Shown here: piece after piece, positions 1 to 13,607 of the stretch
Position numbering within the stretch: position 1 is the stretch's first letter
How the letters are laid out: each line of letters opens with the position of its first letter
NCBI GenBank assembly: GCA_035084275.1
Contig: CM068749.1
Location: 13,640,001-13,704,000, forward strand
Source of the DNA: Hydrolagus colliei
Taxonomy: Eukaryota
Direction of reading: 5' to 3'
Length of the DNA stretch: 64,000 nt
Made by a program: the position numbers and the translations under genes
The notes under the pieces: generated by a model
What the model saw: only the letters and a program-made list of their open reading frames with translations
Database searches by the model: none
Told to the model about the DNA's origin: nothing

Positions 1-1030
1 CTGTCAATTAGAAGTCTCTCAGATTAGAAGTCATTTTTGTGACACCTGTCAGACTGCCTTTGCAAATGTATTTTACTCTGAGCTGTAGGAAAGCAATTGC
101 AATATCATCCAGAGAGGTTGTATGTAATTCCTACCTTCACACAGGATGTACTGAACACATTGTTTTCTAATCATATGCCTAGTCTACAAACTGATAGTGC
201 AAGCATAAGTTAGTTGTTGTAGTACCTGACCTTTAGTTTATCCATACTTTACAACATGCTGCTGATCCACCCAACATTTCAATCCAATTCATTATCCGCA
301 GGTATAATAATGAAGTCAAACACATCAAGATTATATCCAGAGATTGCTGTTTCCACATTGCAGAAAATAAGAGATTCAGAAGTTTAATTGTGAGTATTGA
401 TTCCACTAGCAAGATTTACACGTCCTGTAAGCACACCTTCAATAAAGTTACTTAAATGATTACATACCCCTTAATTAAAGCAGGGGAAGTACTGAAAGCT
501 TCTTCTGTTTATTGAGAACATTAAACAGAGACTATAAGACAGGAGAATTTATTCGGTGCGAGGCTGATGCCTGATGGATGACTGAATTGGGACTTTAGGT
601 TCGTGTCCACGATAGAAAGCAATGCTGACCTCTAGTGTTTTCAGCCACTTGCTAACGCTGGTTGTTACTGAATATGGATTGATGTCCATAGAGGGCATCA
701 AATGTTCCAGTCTCCACTGGATGGGCTGCTGGGCTCACACAATCATTTCTCCTCAGAGTTTTATTTTCATTTTAAATGGTTTGATTTGAAATGTTCCACC
801 TTTCGGTGCCAGTCCTCTTTTTTTCTTCTATGATCATGTTTCTTGCATGATTTAATATACATTCATTTTTTAAAAATCAAAAGCAAACTAGAGTTCCAAA
901 TCGGAAAGCTAAACATTCTTGATAAACTCTTCATTGATGTACCATATGGTTTAAAAATTCCACTAAATCACCTAGAACTAATACTGGTACCCGCGGGTAT
1001 GTATTAACTTAAGAACTATTCTTTTGACAG

Positions 1031-1160
1031 GAACTTGTAGACTATTATAAATATCACTCCCTTAAAGAGGGATTTAGAAGTTTGGATACAACACTTCAGT
1101 ATCCATATAAAGAACCTGAAAACACCACAATTGCAAAAAATCACAGACCGGGGAGTCATT
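1031..1160 (+). CDS. VAV3: VAV3 internal exon: end of SH2 domain and linker ([43 protein letters not shown]), phase 0-1
   Basis: Acceptor ttttgacag| and donor |gtaagt; 130 nt, open frame. Closely matches recalled human VAV3 [30 protein letters not shown]. Too short for the ORF track. Confidence 0.95.
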
Positions 1161-4100
1161 GTAAGTATTTGATTTTATTGTTCATCTGCAAGTAATAAAA
1201 AAAAACTTTATTTTCTGCAAATCTACTTGTGAATATAGCACTAGTTCAGGAGAACTGTCAAACCTAGACCAGAAGGTTTGAGCCACCAGCTGCGATTTAA
1301 GCTCAAATGTTTGTGAGACATTCAAGAGTTATGGCTGTAGTCTCAGTTGTAGCCTTCAAAGCAACAAAATGGTGGATAAAAGGCATCTCTGCAAGTCAAA
1401 ATTAACATGGGAGAGCGGGAACTTTCTCCTGTCTGAATCAAACCTGCACAAATGAGATACTTGGATCTCTTTGTTGAGCAGAACAAACGGAAATTACACT
1501 GAATTTCAACCTTTTGTGCTTCCACATTCACTGATGATAAGCTTCATTGCACTCGGATGGCCCTGAATCGCATCCCAGTATTTTCATGAACAGGGTTTCA
1601 AGGTACAAATGTAAGCCAGTCTGACAAACACGTGGGTATTTGATTAAAACAATAAGCATTCAATTTAACCTGTTTCTTTCTACACTCAGTCAGTACCTTA
1701 TGGTGATGATGGGCGTGTGCTGTACATCGTAAGAGTAGAGTTAAGTTTATGGTGCAAAGGGGGCAGGAATTTCATGTCATTCTTTTATGGCTTTGTATGT
1801 ATAAGTGTGTAGGTTTGGGCATTGGCAGATCATTTGTTTGTTAACAAGTGGCATTTAAAAAAAAGTAATCCAACTGGAATCCCCGATAGACACCAGCCTC
1901 ATTCTTCGACAGTTTAATAGTAAGACAAAGAAGACGAGACAACAATGAAACGATAAAACCCTAATTAATCCAATTCATTTAAAAATGTTCCCAATCCCTA
2001 ACTGTCAGGACATTTTAACAAAGACTGAGACTTGAATAGGGAACCAGTATCTGTATTTACCCATTTGCTCCCCCCCTCCCCTACAGCGATGCTTCTTTTG
2101 AACTGAGGAGGTAAATTGACATCTGTCCAAATATTAAACCAAATACTTAATTCCCTCAATATTCACACACGAACATTTTCTAACAGCATAGAGATCAAAA
2201 GGGTGGAATGCTAGTCAGTGTTGCTTACAGGGACATTGACTGTATCGGCTTCAAGTGGGCGTTTCTCTTTATAAGCGTGGACGGTCAATGCCATCACATT
2301 TCACCGGCAACTGGAAATTCAGGCTTAAGGGTTCGAAGCCTTGTCTGATGTCCCTCCTCCCAAGAGAGCTAAAACAATCATAACACTCCTACAGCTATTC
2401 TGACTGAGAGTTCCTACTTCAATGTCAAATGGGGATTCAGCCTGGGATCTACTGGGTCTGTTGAGTAATAAAGCTTTAAAATGTTTTGGTGTGTGTGTGT
2501 TTTAGTAAAATAATAACATGGTGGGTAATGAGCAACTTGGAGATTTGTATACATACCATCAAGTACACACTTGTTATGTTAGTAAGTAGTTTTGATAATC
2601 TGGATAAATCATGTAATTGATTGCAGTGTGAAAATTGCTGAAGAAAAAATCATCTGACTTGTGACATTATCAGGTGTGCATATGTGACTGAGCATAAACT
2701 GATTTCTCAGTTATCTGTTTCTGATATATTTACTGCTTTGTAAGTATGCTGTTTCTGTTAAGAAATACTCTCTTTCCAAGTTATGCAATGATATTGGTTC
2801 TTTCCTCTTACAATTTCACATACATGTTCACCTCTGTGGATACCTTATAACTATTATAAATTGGATGCCGATTAGGCCATTATAACTGGAGAGTTAAGCA
2901 ACCATTTACTGTACATTGCAGACATAGAGCACATTCAGGTTTGAGAAATCCAAAGAAGCTCAATCTCTTCACATTCCTTATCTGCCTACATGGTATCATT
3001 GTGAATTAGGTATTAATGAAAGTACCATTTGTGTGAGAGAAAGTAGCACATACTAATTTACATCTGGCATTTGCTATCACATAACCTTGGCAGACAGCAC
3101 TGTTGTGTGAATTTGAAACAAGTCTCCATTTGATTTATTCAGATCTGTACTGGAGTCATTTCACAATTGGAACTGGTATATTTTAAATACACGTTGAGTT
3201 ACTAAACCTCACGTTGGCTATCATTTCACTCCATTCGCTCAATATAACACATTTGGACTAAGTTCCACTCTGCTTCCTTCCCGAATTAGTGAATTTGTTT
3301 CTCTGCACCTACAAATAGTTCTTACAATTATTTGTAAGTGCATTATAATTGTAACAATACACAAACACAAAAAATGGCATTATATGTTTATAAACACACA
3401 AGGACAAATTTGTTAATCTTAGAGAGCAAATGGAGCAGAATAGCTTTTAGCCTATGTCATCAAACCCTGAATGCACAGATCTAAGTACAGTATTCTCTAT
3501 GGCTGCTTTAATCTAATTCTCACAATTGAGATGGTCTAGTTAATAAAAAAAACATATAGGGAAGTATTATTGAATCATTGTAATCATTTCTGACCAGCCT
3601 ACTGTATATAAACTGGAATATGTCTAAGGACCAAGAACATCTGTTCTTAATACCCACATTATTTTGTGGGACATTTGTAGTTTTTGACACGTTTTCTGTC
3701 AAAAAAAAAGAAGAAAATCTAGAAAAGTTCTGAGAAAAAGGTTAAATTTGGTGGAAATCTGAATTTATTTGGGAATATTACAAACAAAAGCACCATCACA
3801 AATTGAGGCAGCAAATATGATTGGTTATTTTCATGACAAGAAGAGTCTCATGATACAGTATGCTGAAATCTGCCTTATTGTGCATAAATTCTCAGAACTA
3901 GCAGTGCAGTGAGGCAGGTTTCAGGATGTGAGGGTGCGTCATCACAGACACAGCAAATCTCAAATTAATTTTTTTTATTAATGAAATTTGAGTGAAAGTA
4001 GTTTCCTTTTACTGTTTAACTTTTTCCTCCCCACCCCCCCATCTCCGAACAAAAAAGTCTTTATTGCTGAAAATTGTTTTTAAAAAATCTTAATGACCCT

Positions 4101-4646
4101 TAAATATGCCCTGTTCAATTATCAGGAAGTGATGGCCTATTGTAAATCCATAAATCCATTCAGGGGACTGTAAACTTTTTTTTAAAAAAAGGAACCGCTT
4201 ACATACAGTACTTCTATTTTTCAATGTCAAAATATAAATTATAAAATGTTTGAAAAGGATCCTGAAGTGGATTCATGATTTATATCAATATTTAACAGTA
4301 GCTGAAGGCATTTTCTTCAGTATGCATAGTGTTACCTCCATCCTCCCTTCAACAGACTGTAGACCCAGCCAGCTGACAGCTCGTAGTTCTGTAGCATATG
4401 GCAGAATCTCAAGAAGATGCCATGTGCACAGAGGCAAGTAACTCGAACTAGTGTTCTAAATGTAGCTTGATACTCCTAGTTTCATCCCAAAATATGATTT
4501 GCACATCGGTAACGGTTTTCATCTTGCTCTGTTTGATCTTTGTAAGTGTATGCTCAGAAGTGACTTATCTTTTCCTCCAAAGGCTTTACCTTATATGTTT
4601 TAATCAATTTTTTTTTCTGCTTTTCTCTCTTTCGCTTCTTTTTAAG

Positions 4647-4730
4647 CCCCCTCTGTGTTCTGTGGGTTTTCATTTGTAACTCCTCCAGGTTTCAGCTTTA
4701 TACCCCCTTCTTCTACTCCTTTCTGGTCAG
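4647..4730 (+). CDS. VAV3: VAV3 84-nt symmetric (phase 1-1) cassette exon in the SH2-cSH3 linker (SPSVFCGFSFVTPPGFSFIPPSSTPFWS)
   Basis: Long polypyrimidine tract ending tttaag|, donor tcag|gtactg; in frame with both flanking exons. Resembles the recalled VAV2 linker segment ...YNFSFLSPQGLSF...SAPFWSVFTP. Confidence 0.85.
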
Positions 4731-5924
4731 GTACTGCATAACTTGTTTGGAAACTTCTGATGCTTCTGCTGCAATGCCGATGTCTCTTTGCGCAGGAGTG
4801 AAATAAACTGTATTAATATAGCTGCTGTAAAATTCTACTTGTAACTAATTTATACATATTTTTGAAAACAAAACTATGTGTTGTCTGCGGCAATCTGATA
4901 GTTTATACACTTTTTGTATAAACTATGCATATATGTACCATTCTTAGTTGCACTGAAACCTCTTATTACCATAGACTTGTTACCATACTAGACACTTCAC
5001 TTTATCATTAAATGGGATTTTGTAAATGTTGATAGTTCCTCTGCAGTTTGCCACATCTTCACCTGGGGTAGTTTACTTAGACTTCTTCATTATCTGTTTA
5101 AACACGGATTTGCATTGTAAGGTAGGATTCCAGGACCTAATGACCCTTTTCATTACTGTAGAGGGTAGATGGGGGGAGGGGAGTGTTGGACATTGATATG
5201 CGATGTGATTCAAACAGTGGCTAACAATCTGATGAATTAAGTGAGTTCACGAGGGTAGAAAGACTAAGGTGGGGATAGAATAAGAAATGAATGAAAGGAA
5301 GGAAGGTCATGTATTGCAAACAGGCAAATTCAAAAACATTTGTAAGAAATGAGCTCAGAATACTAGTGAGAATGGATTAAAGGATTAACTCAAAGCTTTG
5401 ATGATAAATGTTCAAGTCCTTTCAGTTCACAGCGGTGTACAAGTCTTAGCGTGGAGTTGAAATACATGAAATGTAGACTAACGTTGCTTTAAAGGAGCTG
5501 TTACATTGCTTTATTTGCAATTGCAATCTAAGGTTACTTTGTTTCTCTGAAACTAACTACAGTATTGTAAATGCTATTTATATGTATGAATGTGTATCAA
5601 TATATTTATTTCACTTAGGAATTGATTCCCTTGATCCATCTAGTCATATTATCTGCAGTTCAGCAGGTGTGACAGATGCAGTAGTGAGCCAATTGTGTCC
5701 TTCATTCTCATCCACTGCTCAGACTTCATGCTCAGACCCAGCATCCTGGTAACGGAAAAATACAATTAATATGAATGCTACATTTCATGGCTTTTGCAGT
5801 GATATGTTTATTTGATAATTTTAAGAATGTTAATTTGAACATCAAAAACTTAAGACATTTTAAAAGAAAATCACAAAACAGTTGTGACATTGAACCAATG
5901 CTGATATTAAAATGATATACTTGC

Positions 5925-6220
5925 TCTCCCAGTGTCTCAGTTGGAAAGTAGTGAACAGCCATGCAGAACCAAAATTGGTTTCTGTTAATTGATCTCAGCT
6001 AGTGCACTGTAGGGGTGCAACAGTTGAGGCCAGCTTTCCTGATTTGTGAGAGAAAAACACTTGATTGAAAATGTTCCCGTGGAGAAGGAAATAACAGGAT
6101 CAGCCAGGACTGTGATGCCCCCTGTGGTAAAATAGCCAACTGAATCTTACTGTCCTGGGTGACACATGAATAATGGTCATTTTAGCATGGTTTGGATGTA
6201 CTGGCAAGTGCGAGTGAAAC
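5925..6220 (+). mobile_element. Ancient LF-SINE-like relic
   Basis: acaggatcagccaggactgtgatgccccctgtggtaaaatagcc...actgtcctgggtgacacatgaataatggtca resembles the recalled LF-SINE 3' half. Confidence 0.6.
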
Positions 6221-6278
6221 TTTATTTTAAATTAGTTATGGTGTAGACATAGGAAAAGGGTCACTGGGTCCTAGTGAA

Positions 6279-6555
6279 GCTGTTTCCTCTGGTGGCGAAT
6301 TCCCAATGAAGGGGATAGTCTTCAAATTAGAGGCCAAGCCATTTAAGAGTGAAATCAGGAAACATTTTTTCACTCAAAGGATGGTAGAAATCTGGAATTC
6401 TCTCCCTCAAAAGGCTGTGGATGCTGGATCCATCCACACATTTAAGAGTGGGGTTGATAGATTTTTGGTAGATCAGGGTATTAAGGGATATGGGGAGAAA
6501 GCAGGAAATTTGGATTGAAAGGATTAGTTGAGGTACAGATCAGCCATGATCTTGA
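6279..6555 (+). mobile_element. CR1 LINE 3' fragment
   Basis: ORF 6306-6518 reads RKHFFTQRMVEIWNSLPQKAVDA...GIKGYGEKAG, followed by CR1 3'UTR-like cagatcagccatgatct. Confidence 0.88.
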
Positions 6556-7591
6556 AGGGAGCAGTTGGGCGGTGGGGGGGGGAAAGGACTGGAGGGGGAA
6601 AAGATGGGTGTAAAAAAAGAAAACTACAAAATGCTTTGCTATATGATGTGATAAGGTGGTCTGACAATAAGAGGTTTACACTGTAACAGGAACAACATTG
6701 TAGAGTGTGATCTGAAGCAGTGTGGATTGTCTTAGAAACAGTACATAGACTGTAAAATGTGTCATGCCCATTACGCCAGCCTGTATTTTCATTGCTGGAT
6801 CCCTGACTTTCCTGAACTGATGTGCAATTGAATCAACATAGAATTATGTCAAATCACACATTTGCTGGGTTCAAATTAGGCAGCAATGTTGTAAGTTTGA
6901 GTTACTTTAAAAGTTTTCCAAGAGTTGTGTTGTACTTGAACCAAACCAGAAAAGCTAAAAGTGGAACGAATAAGAGCTTCAATTTGCACTTGGACTGCCC
7001 ATGGCAACAATACATCAGTTCAACAGAAAGGGCAAGATGTACAATATACATAGAATTTGAGAAAATAAGGAGAATGATCGAAGGGATTTTATCGACATTC
7101 TGGAAATGTGCTAGAAGGGCTTGCTATGCAGTGGCCTGAATCAAACCATGTTATTAGATGGAGACAGTTTATCGTTCACTGCTATGCATGGGCTTGATTT
7201 TTGTTTTGTTCAGTCATTTTGCTGGCATTGAGTGAAATTAATGTTTCAGGGTTTGTGTGGTCATCTATCTGCATGAGACTTCTGCATGATGATTGCATGG
7301 ATTATTACCGCTACTATCATGTTGTATTCCCAATGTAATCGACTATTAATAACCAGAGACCTTATGAAACGTGTTCTTGACCACAAATATACACAACAAA
7401 TTTGTTCAAATCTTACCTTGTGGGTAATGTTTTCAGCTGGAACATGAATGTCACTCACATCAGTGCGATAGCATGGCACACCTCAAATGTGCTTTGATCC
7501 ACTGCAGGTCAGACTAGTATTTCAACATCCACAATAGCTCCGCTCCATTGCTGAGCTAGGATAAAGATCTCTGTCCTGATCTCTATCCAAT

Positions 7592-7948
7592 AATAACCCT
7601 TGCATTTGATATAGCGCCTTCAAAAAATATCTCGAAGCACTTCACAGAATATACTGTAAAGTGAATTGACTGTATATTTAGTGGGCGAAACAAAGCAATT
7701 GCACACAGCAGTGACCCAAAAACAATTGTGGATTGAAATGACCATATTATTTAAAAAAATTGGAAGGAATTATTACCCCCAGATAAGTGATCCATCAATT
7801 GACATTAGCAACCAGGTTCCTACTTAACTAGCTAGGTAAACAGAGGTGGGTGTGAAGTAAGGAAACTTGCCAACATTTCACCCTATTGGGAATCGAACTC
7901 AAGACTCTCGCTTGAGAGGCGCATGCTCTAACCACTGAGCTACAGGAC
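7592..7948 (-). mobile_element. tRNA-derived Deu-type SINE with L2-like tail, flanked by TCCAAT direct repeat
   Basis: Minus-strand head tcctgtagctcagtggttagagc...gagttcgattcc (A and B boxes), tail aaggcgctatatcaaatgcaagg-(tta)n; TCCAAT at 7586-7591 and 7949-7954. Confidence 0.85.
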
Positions 7949-9182
7949 TCCAATGGTCCCTACTGAACTGTGGATGCATATGTGCATTGTGTGCGGACCC
8001 AATTGGCCTTGGGTCTAAAACCTCCATCGTTCAGTAGCCTGCCAGTGTCATGATCTAGGCTCACACATAGAGAGGAAAAATAGAAAACAGATAAGGATAG
8101 TTCCAACTTCCCTGCTTTTCCATTATTCAGGAATTTGAGGTCGGTTAAAGACGAGGAATATGTCTGTTCTTTTTGTGCAAAGTGAACAGATTTTGCCCCC
8201 AACATCATATGTACCATTCTGAAATTGCCAGCTAGTGTAGGATTGCAACACAGATGAGGTCGTGCACAATTCTAACATTCTTGAGACATGAATTCAAAAC
8301 CAACCTAGATCAGTGGAGAGAGCATCTCTTTTATCTGCCACCTGTATAGATACTGGAAGAAATGAGTATGATCAACAACAACAAAATTACACTTGTGTAA
8401 CACCTTTCAGATCAGGAGGACGTCCCAAGGCGCTGAGTTTCTAATAAGTGGACCATACAGAAACGCCCACAGATTGGCACAAGGCACTAAGTTCTCAGCC
8501 TTGTTCAAACATTATTGTTTGAAATGGAAGGGGATACATTTAGTTGGGAGATCAGTGATTGCAGTATTGGAGCTGAAAGCACTGTCAATTGTGTTCTTTA
8601 GATTCAAGAAAAGGGTAGCCCTTGTGTGATGTATAAAACACATCTTTACGTATTGTTTCATAAATATTTTGTCCTTTATCCGTTTATTTTGATGTTTAGT
8701 GGTTGCATGTCATAAAGTACAAGTGTTTGTTTTTCTTGTAATGCAGACCAGTGCTACAGTTTAAGAACAATTATTTGCTCCAATGGTAGTGATTTTTTTA
8801 ATGACATTATGACATAGAATATTTCTTTCTCAATACAGTACTCATGAAAAAGGCAAATAGGAAACTAAAATACATAACTGTTGATAGCACAAGTGCTTAT
8901 AATTAAAGGTTATTTAAACTATGCATTCATTTATAAAAACGGGATTTGAAGTGGGTAAAATGCACTTTGATTGAAATATAACAAATGCAAAAATTATTAT
9001 TATTAATAAGATAAAATAAATGAGCAGTTCTGAATTCCATCTATTTGCTTTTTTCAGCACTGCTCTAGATGTCAATCTTTATATTCTATGTCAGTGGTTA
9101 TCTCAGTCTAACATTAGTTTCTATATATTGGCCTTAACATCATCAAGAGGAAACTCACCTGCATTTTTATTCTTACTGGCAG

Positions 9183-9334
9183 TATTTAGTCCAAAAGTGA
9201 TTGGAATAGCAGTTGCACAGTATGACTTCTGTGCGAGAGACATGAGGGAATTGTCCCTTCAGGAGGGAGACACGGTGAGGATATACAGCAAAACTGGTGC
9301 AAATGGTTGGTGGCGGGGAGAGGTGAATGGCAAG
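9183..9334 (+). CDS. VAV3: VAV3 penultimate exon, C-terminal SH3 ([50 protein letters not shown]), phase 1-0
   Basis: Acceptor ttactggcag|, donor aag|gtaagt; 152 nt. [13 protein letters not shown] and [10 protein letters not shown] are VAV3 cSH3 hallmarks. Confidence 0.96.
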
Positions 9335-10369
9335 GTAAGTCAGATTGATGGAAATCATAGAATTTTACAGCACAGAAGGACACTAGTCAGCCCATCGTGC
9401 ACGTGCCAGTTCTTTACCAGCTACAATAGCCCTACAATATAATAGATATGAGCATAGATCAAATAACGGAAAATCATATCAAGTTAGAGTAGCTGAAAAG
9501 AAGGATGGGCTTCAGAAAATATTATAAATAATATTCAGCAACTTATGTCTCTTCAGCTTCATTTTTATTTTGGCTCAGTTTTGCTAATACAGGGTTATAT
9601 ATCATTTGCGATATTCATAAATTGTATTTGGATGAAAAATAAAAAAAATGACAGTATGGAAAAATGTACAAATGCCAACTTGCAACAGCTAATTGTTCCC
9701 CATCAGTGTTTGTTCACTGGACTGTTTTGAGCTTTCCTGATATGGGATTCTCAATTTGTCGGGCCATAACTTCCCCAGCAAATTTTGCAAACTTGATTTT
9801 GCAGTTAATGCAACAAATCCACTTGGTGACAACGATAAAGGCAACTAGAATTAGCTTTCCTGGGTCAGTCTCCACTGCAACAGAGTCTCTGTGATTTCGC
9901 TATGTACAAATAAGAACTGTTGTGTTATAAAGTGCTCCAAGGAGTATCAAACTGGTATCTAATATTACAATCTGTTCGATCTCCCAGCAAAAGGAGCCTT
10001 GAGGTACTGTCTGTTGCAATCTTTATATACTTCAAATAACTTCAAACCATTTCTGTGGAAATTTGAATAACATTTACTCAATTTTTACTGCACTTGTTAA
10101 AAGTAACCAGCAAATTTTCCCCAGTATGAATTGTTTAAAAATGTATTTTTAACTTGCTCTCTGTCCCAGTAATCCTAGGTGGTTGATGATGGGTAAATCA
10201 TAACCTCCAATGGAAATGTCTGTCCAAATATCAGATAAGACAAGTATTTAACCTTGGTTTGTTTGGAAAAATGTTTAAATCCAGCATTATAACTTTGGAA
10301 CCAATTTAACTCATTCAGTAGTGCTCAGGAAGGTGAGATTGTAATTATTTCTATTTGATACTATTTCAG

Positions 10370-10426
10370 AACGGTTGGTTTCCCTCTACATATGTGGAAG
10401 AGGAGGAAGACTGTTTAACAAACTGA
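10370..10426 (+). CDS. VAV3: VAV3 last coding exon (NGWFPSTYVEEEEDCLTN*)
   Basis: Acceptor ctatttcag|, phase 0. GWFPSTYVEE completes the SH3; TGA at 10424-10426. Confidence 0.93.
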   Translation, partial: NGWFPSTYVEEEEDCLTN

Positions 10427-12050
10427 CTGTTTTCCATTGAAGAAGAATTTCAGGGATTGTTAAACTATTGATATTGTAAAAGCATCAGTGGGATAATAGT
10501 TTTTGAAGACTGTTTTAAAAACCAAAATTGGCATTCCTAATTATCCAAGCCACAAGTCTGACTGTGGGATTTCTTCACAAGATTGAATTGGCAAATTAAT
10601 GGCTCGCCTGGAGCTTTGCAAGAAGCAACCAGCCAGTTTTCTGCCTTCAGAGACCAACTTTAAGCCAGTACTTTGCTTTCCCAAAGGAACAAAATACAAA
10701 GAGCATCTTGCCCTCTCTGCTATCATAGTGTTCAACGACTACAAGCTTTTGGCGAATGTTTAAAAATATGTTCTTTGTCAGTATGTGTTCTTTTGGCTTG
10801 TTAACCAATCCTGGAAAATAAGCGCCTCTTGTCCAAATGTAAAATAGATTTGATTCCTACTCTGTTCAGATGTATGATTGATGTGTATAATTTTTGATTC
10901 AGGAAGATTACCTCAATTTTGTGATCAATAATGTGGCCTATATTCTGCAAATAGAGCCACTTTAACCGGGCGTATGTTTTCAAAACATTTATGATAGAAA
11001 TTCCACCTGGGTCTGGACTTTCTCCATTTTCTTAGTATTTCAGAACATTTAGCAAGTTGCTGAGTTCAGTGTTAATTTTAAATCCAGTTTTCTGTAGTTT
11101 TTAATGGAACCTATAGAAACCCGACTTTAAAATGTAAGAATTTTCCAAGTTCTGGAGGCTCCTCTGAAATCATAAGGAAATAAAGTAAATCTAGATCCAG
11201 CTGTAATATCTCCCCTTTCATTGCTCTTTGCACAAATATAGCAGTAATGTGTTATTTTACAATGCAAAAGGGGATCTCTCAAAATGGTCACAAAATATAC
11301 GTTTCCTGCACTCACAAAATAAGTCTCACTATGTTACACAGAAGTCCTTTATGGATCATATTTTGTATTTTTTTCAAGTTTTGTTATTATTCAAAAATAA
11401 ATGTTAATAATTGTTAATACACACAAAAGCCTGAGCATTCTACAATGTGAATAGCAACAACAAAATAATCGATCACTTCAAGTTTTCTCCTTTGTTAATA
11501 TACTCACTTAGTTGTTGCAACAGATGTAAATACACTAGATTAACCACAAGATGAAATGTACTTTTTTTCATTTCCAATTACAGTACTATACAAAGTCCAC
11601 AAAATATATTTCTCTGTCAGACTAAACTTAACTATTCAATATGAGACAGCAATTTTTTTAAAGATTTTTTTCACAAATAACAGCTATTTTCATTTGATTT
11701 GCTGTGTGATGCTACAGAGATCCCGAAACACATAATTCAATAATAATTTAAAAGCAAAGCATTTCCATGTATCTACACAAAGGATGTATTCAATCCTTTG
11801 TGGATGAGTACATACAAGTCGGAGACAATTATTGATGATTTTGGTCTTACATTGTCATACCTATTAGACTCTCCATACCAAAGATTCACAACCATTTGAT
11901 AGGATTCCATGTAATGATGATAGCAGGTTCTGATTCATTTGAAAGCTGGTCTGTTGGAACTGAATGACCGTACTGAATGCTTGCCCTTGTATTGCATTGC
12001 CTTGTAAATATTTCAGTGGTACACAATAAACAACAACTAATACTTTTATA
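10427..12050 (+). other. VAV3: VAV3 3' UTR (approximate end)
   Basis: AT-rich stretch after the stop with no obvious repeats; AATAAA at 11396-11401 and 12025-12030. Confidence 0.55.
12025..12030 (+). terminator. Probable VAV3 polyadenylation signal (distal)
   Basis: AATAAA preceded by TGTA elements and followed by a T-rich stretch. Confidence 0.55.
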
Positions 12051-13583
12051 TTTCATTCAACAGAAGTATCAATCAGTTTATCTTGCATGTCATTTGTATT
12101 ACCATTGCTTGTTGTACTCTAATGATGACTTGTCTCATTGATTATACCTTGGAAATGTTTTTTCATAGTCTTAACAGTTTCTTACTTCTTGTGTGGTTCA
12201 TTGATATTTCATTCAAGCGCGCTGGGTAAAGATCGCTATATAAATGCAAATTGTCGTTGTGCAATTTAAGCAAATCAGCTTTTCACAAACAGTAAAATGA
12301 AGGTGTACAAGATGATGAATAATACTTGCTCTTTGAAAGTACGGGGACTAGGAAGCCATGAGATGCATCTGAGGGTCATTGGATGAGTTATGGATTCATA
12401 CGGTCTTCATTACAATTGGTGTTCATAAAAAGTTAATTTACAAATGTTAGAAACACATTTTAGGTACATACAGGTAAGAGAATTAGTGGTTATCTAAAAG
12501 CCAACAGTATTTATCTTAAATGTATGATACATTCCAGTTATAGTAGAGTAGGGAAACCAATCTAGAATGTATGATAATGTGCTGAACTAAACTTTAGCCT
12601 AGGACTCCCTTTTTAATTTCATTTATTGTTGCAATTTATTTTCTTGTAATTTAAGAAATGCCAATTTTGCAATGCTTTCAATCTTTCTATGAATTCAATA
12701 ATTTTCTGATTCATTAATAGTCCCGATTTACATTGCAAAATTTTCCTTTGTATTTTCTTTCCAAGCTGGGATCTGGCAGGATAAAAAATAAAGTGACAAT
12801 AAATATCTGTATAAGGACAATTGAAACAGAACTTTAATTCACATGTAGTCCTCAAAAGGTTAACGAAAGCCAAATTCGATTTTTTTTTGTACAAGAAAAA
12901 TCTGAATACTAATACAATCGAAAATGCTGCATTGCACTAGTGTGAAGTTTGCTGGTTAATTTAAGATGAATTTGATGGAAGGTAAATAAATTGCTATTGA
13001 CTGTTAATATACACCAATAAAAAAGATAATTTGTATTTCTATTTTGGGTCAATCACATTTTCACCCAGAGCTGAATAATACTGTTGCTTTATTCTCTGGT
13101 AATAAAAAAGAAGACAAGTTTTTTTTAAAATCCATCTAGATGGATTCTGTGTCACTTGTCTCAGAGGTACTGTAGTTGTGTAGGTTACTTTGCTGCATGT
13201 ATCAAAGCCATATTCCTCCAAATTTATTTAACTGGCATTCTTTTGTATGATAGAACAGTAGAGTAAACAAATACTGGCCAATGCCACCACTACAAGATAA
13301 TATCATGTGGAGTACAGATATAACCATATCTATTACCATTATGTGTCACTTCCTGTGTTCCAGCACTCTTCTTAGGACCTAACATTGGGTTGTTTGCAAA
13401 GGTAGAATTTAACAATAGAAAGGGAAAGGCATTTTAGGGTATAATGAAAATACACAGTTCACTTTATTCTGGTTAGTGTTCAGCAAGTGTTTTGTGATTA
13501 TACACTTTACTAGAAACATTAACCATCTTGCTTGATTGATCAGCAAGACTTGTCATTTCTACCCCCTACCACAACCCCCCCAT

Positions 13584-13607
13584 CCCCCCCCCCCCCCCCC
13601 CCCCCCC
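13584..13607 (+). repeat. C24 homopolymer
   Basis: Directly visible. Confidence 0.95.

Noticed and set aside
9020-9442. 140-aa ORF as a standalone SH3 gene
   Set aside because: Only 9183-9334 is homologous and splice-bounded; the rest is intron read-through.
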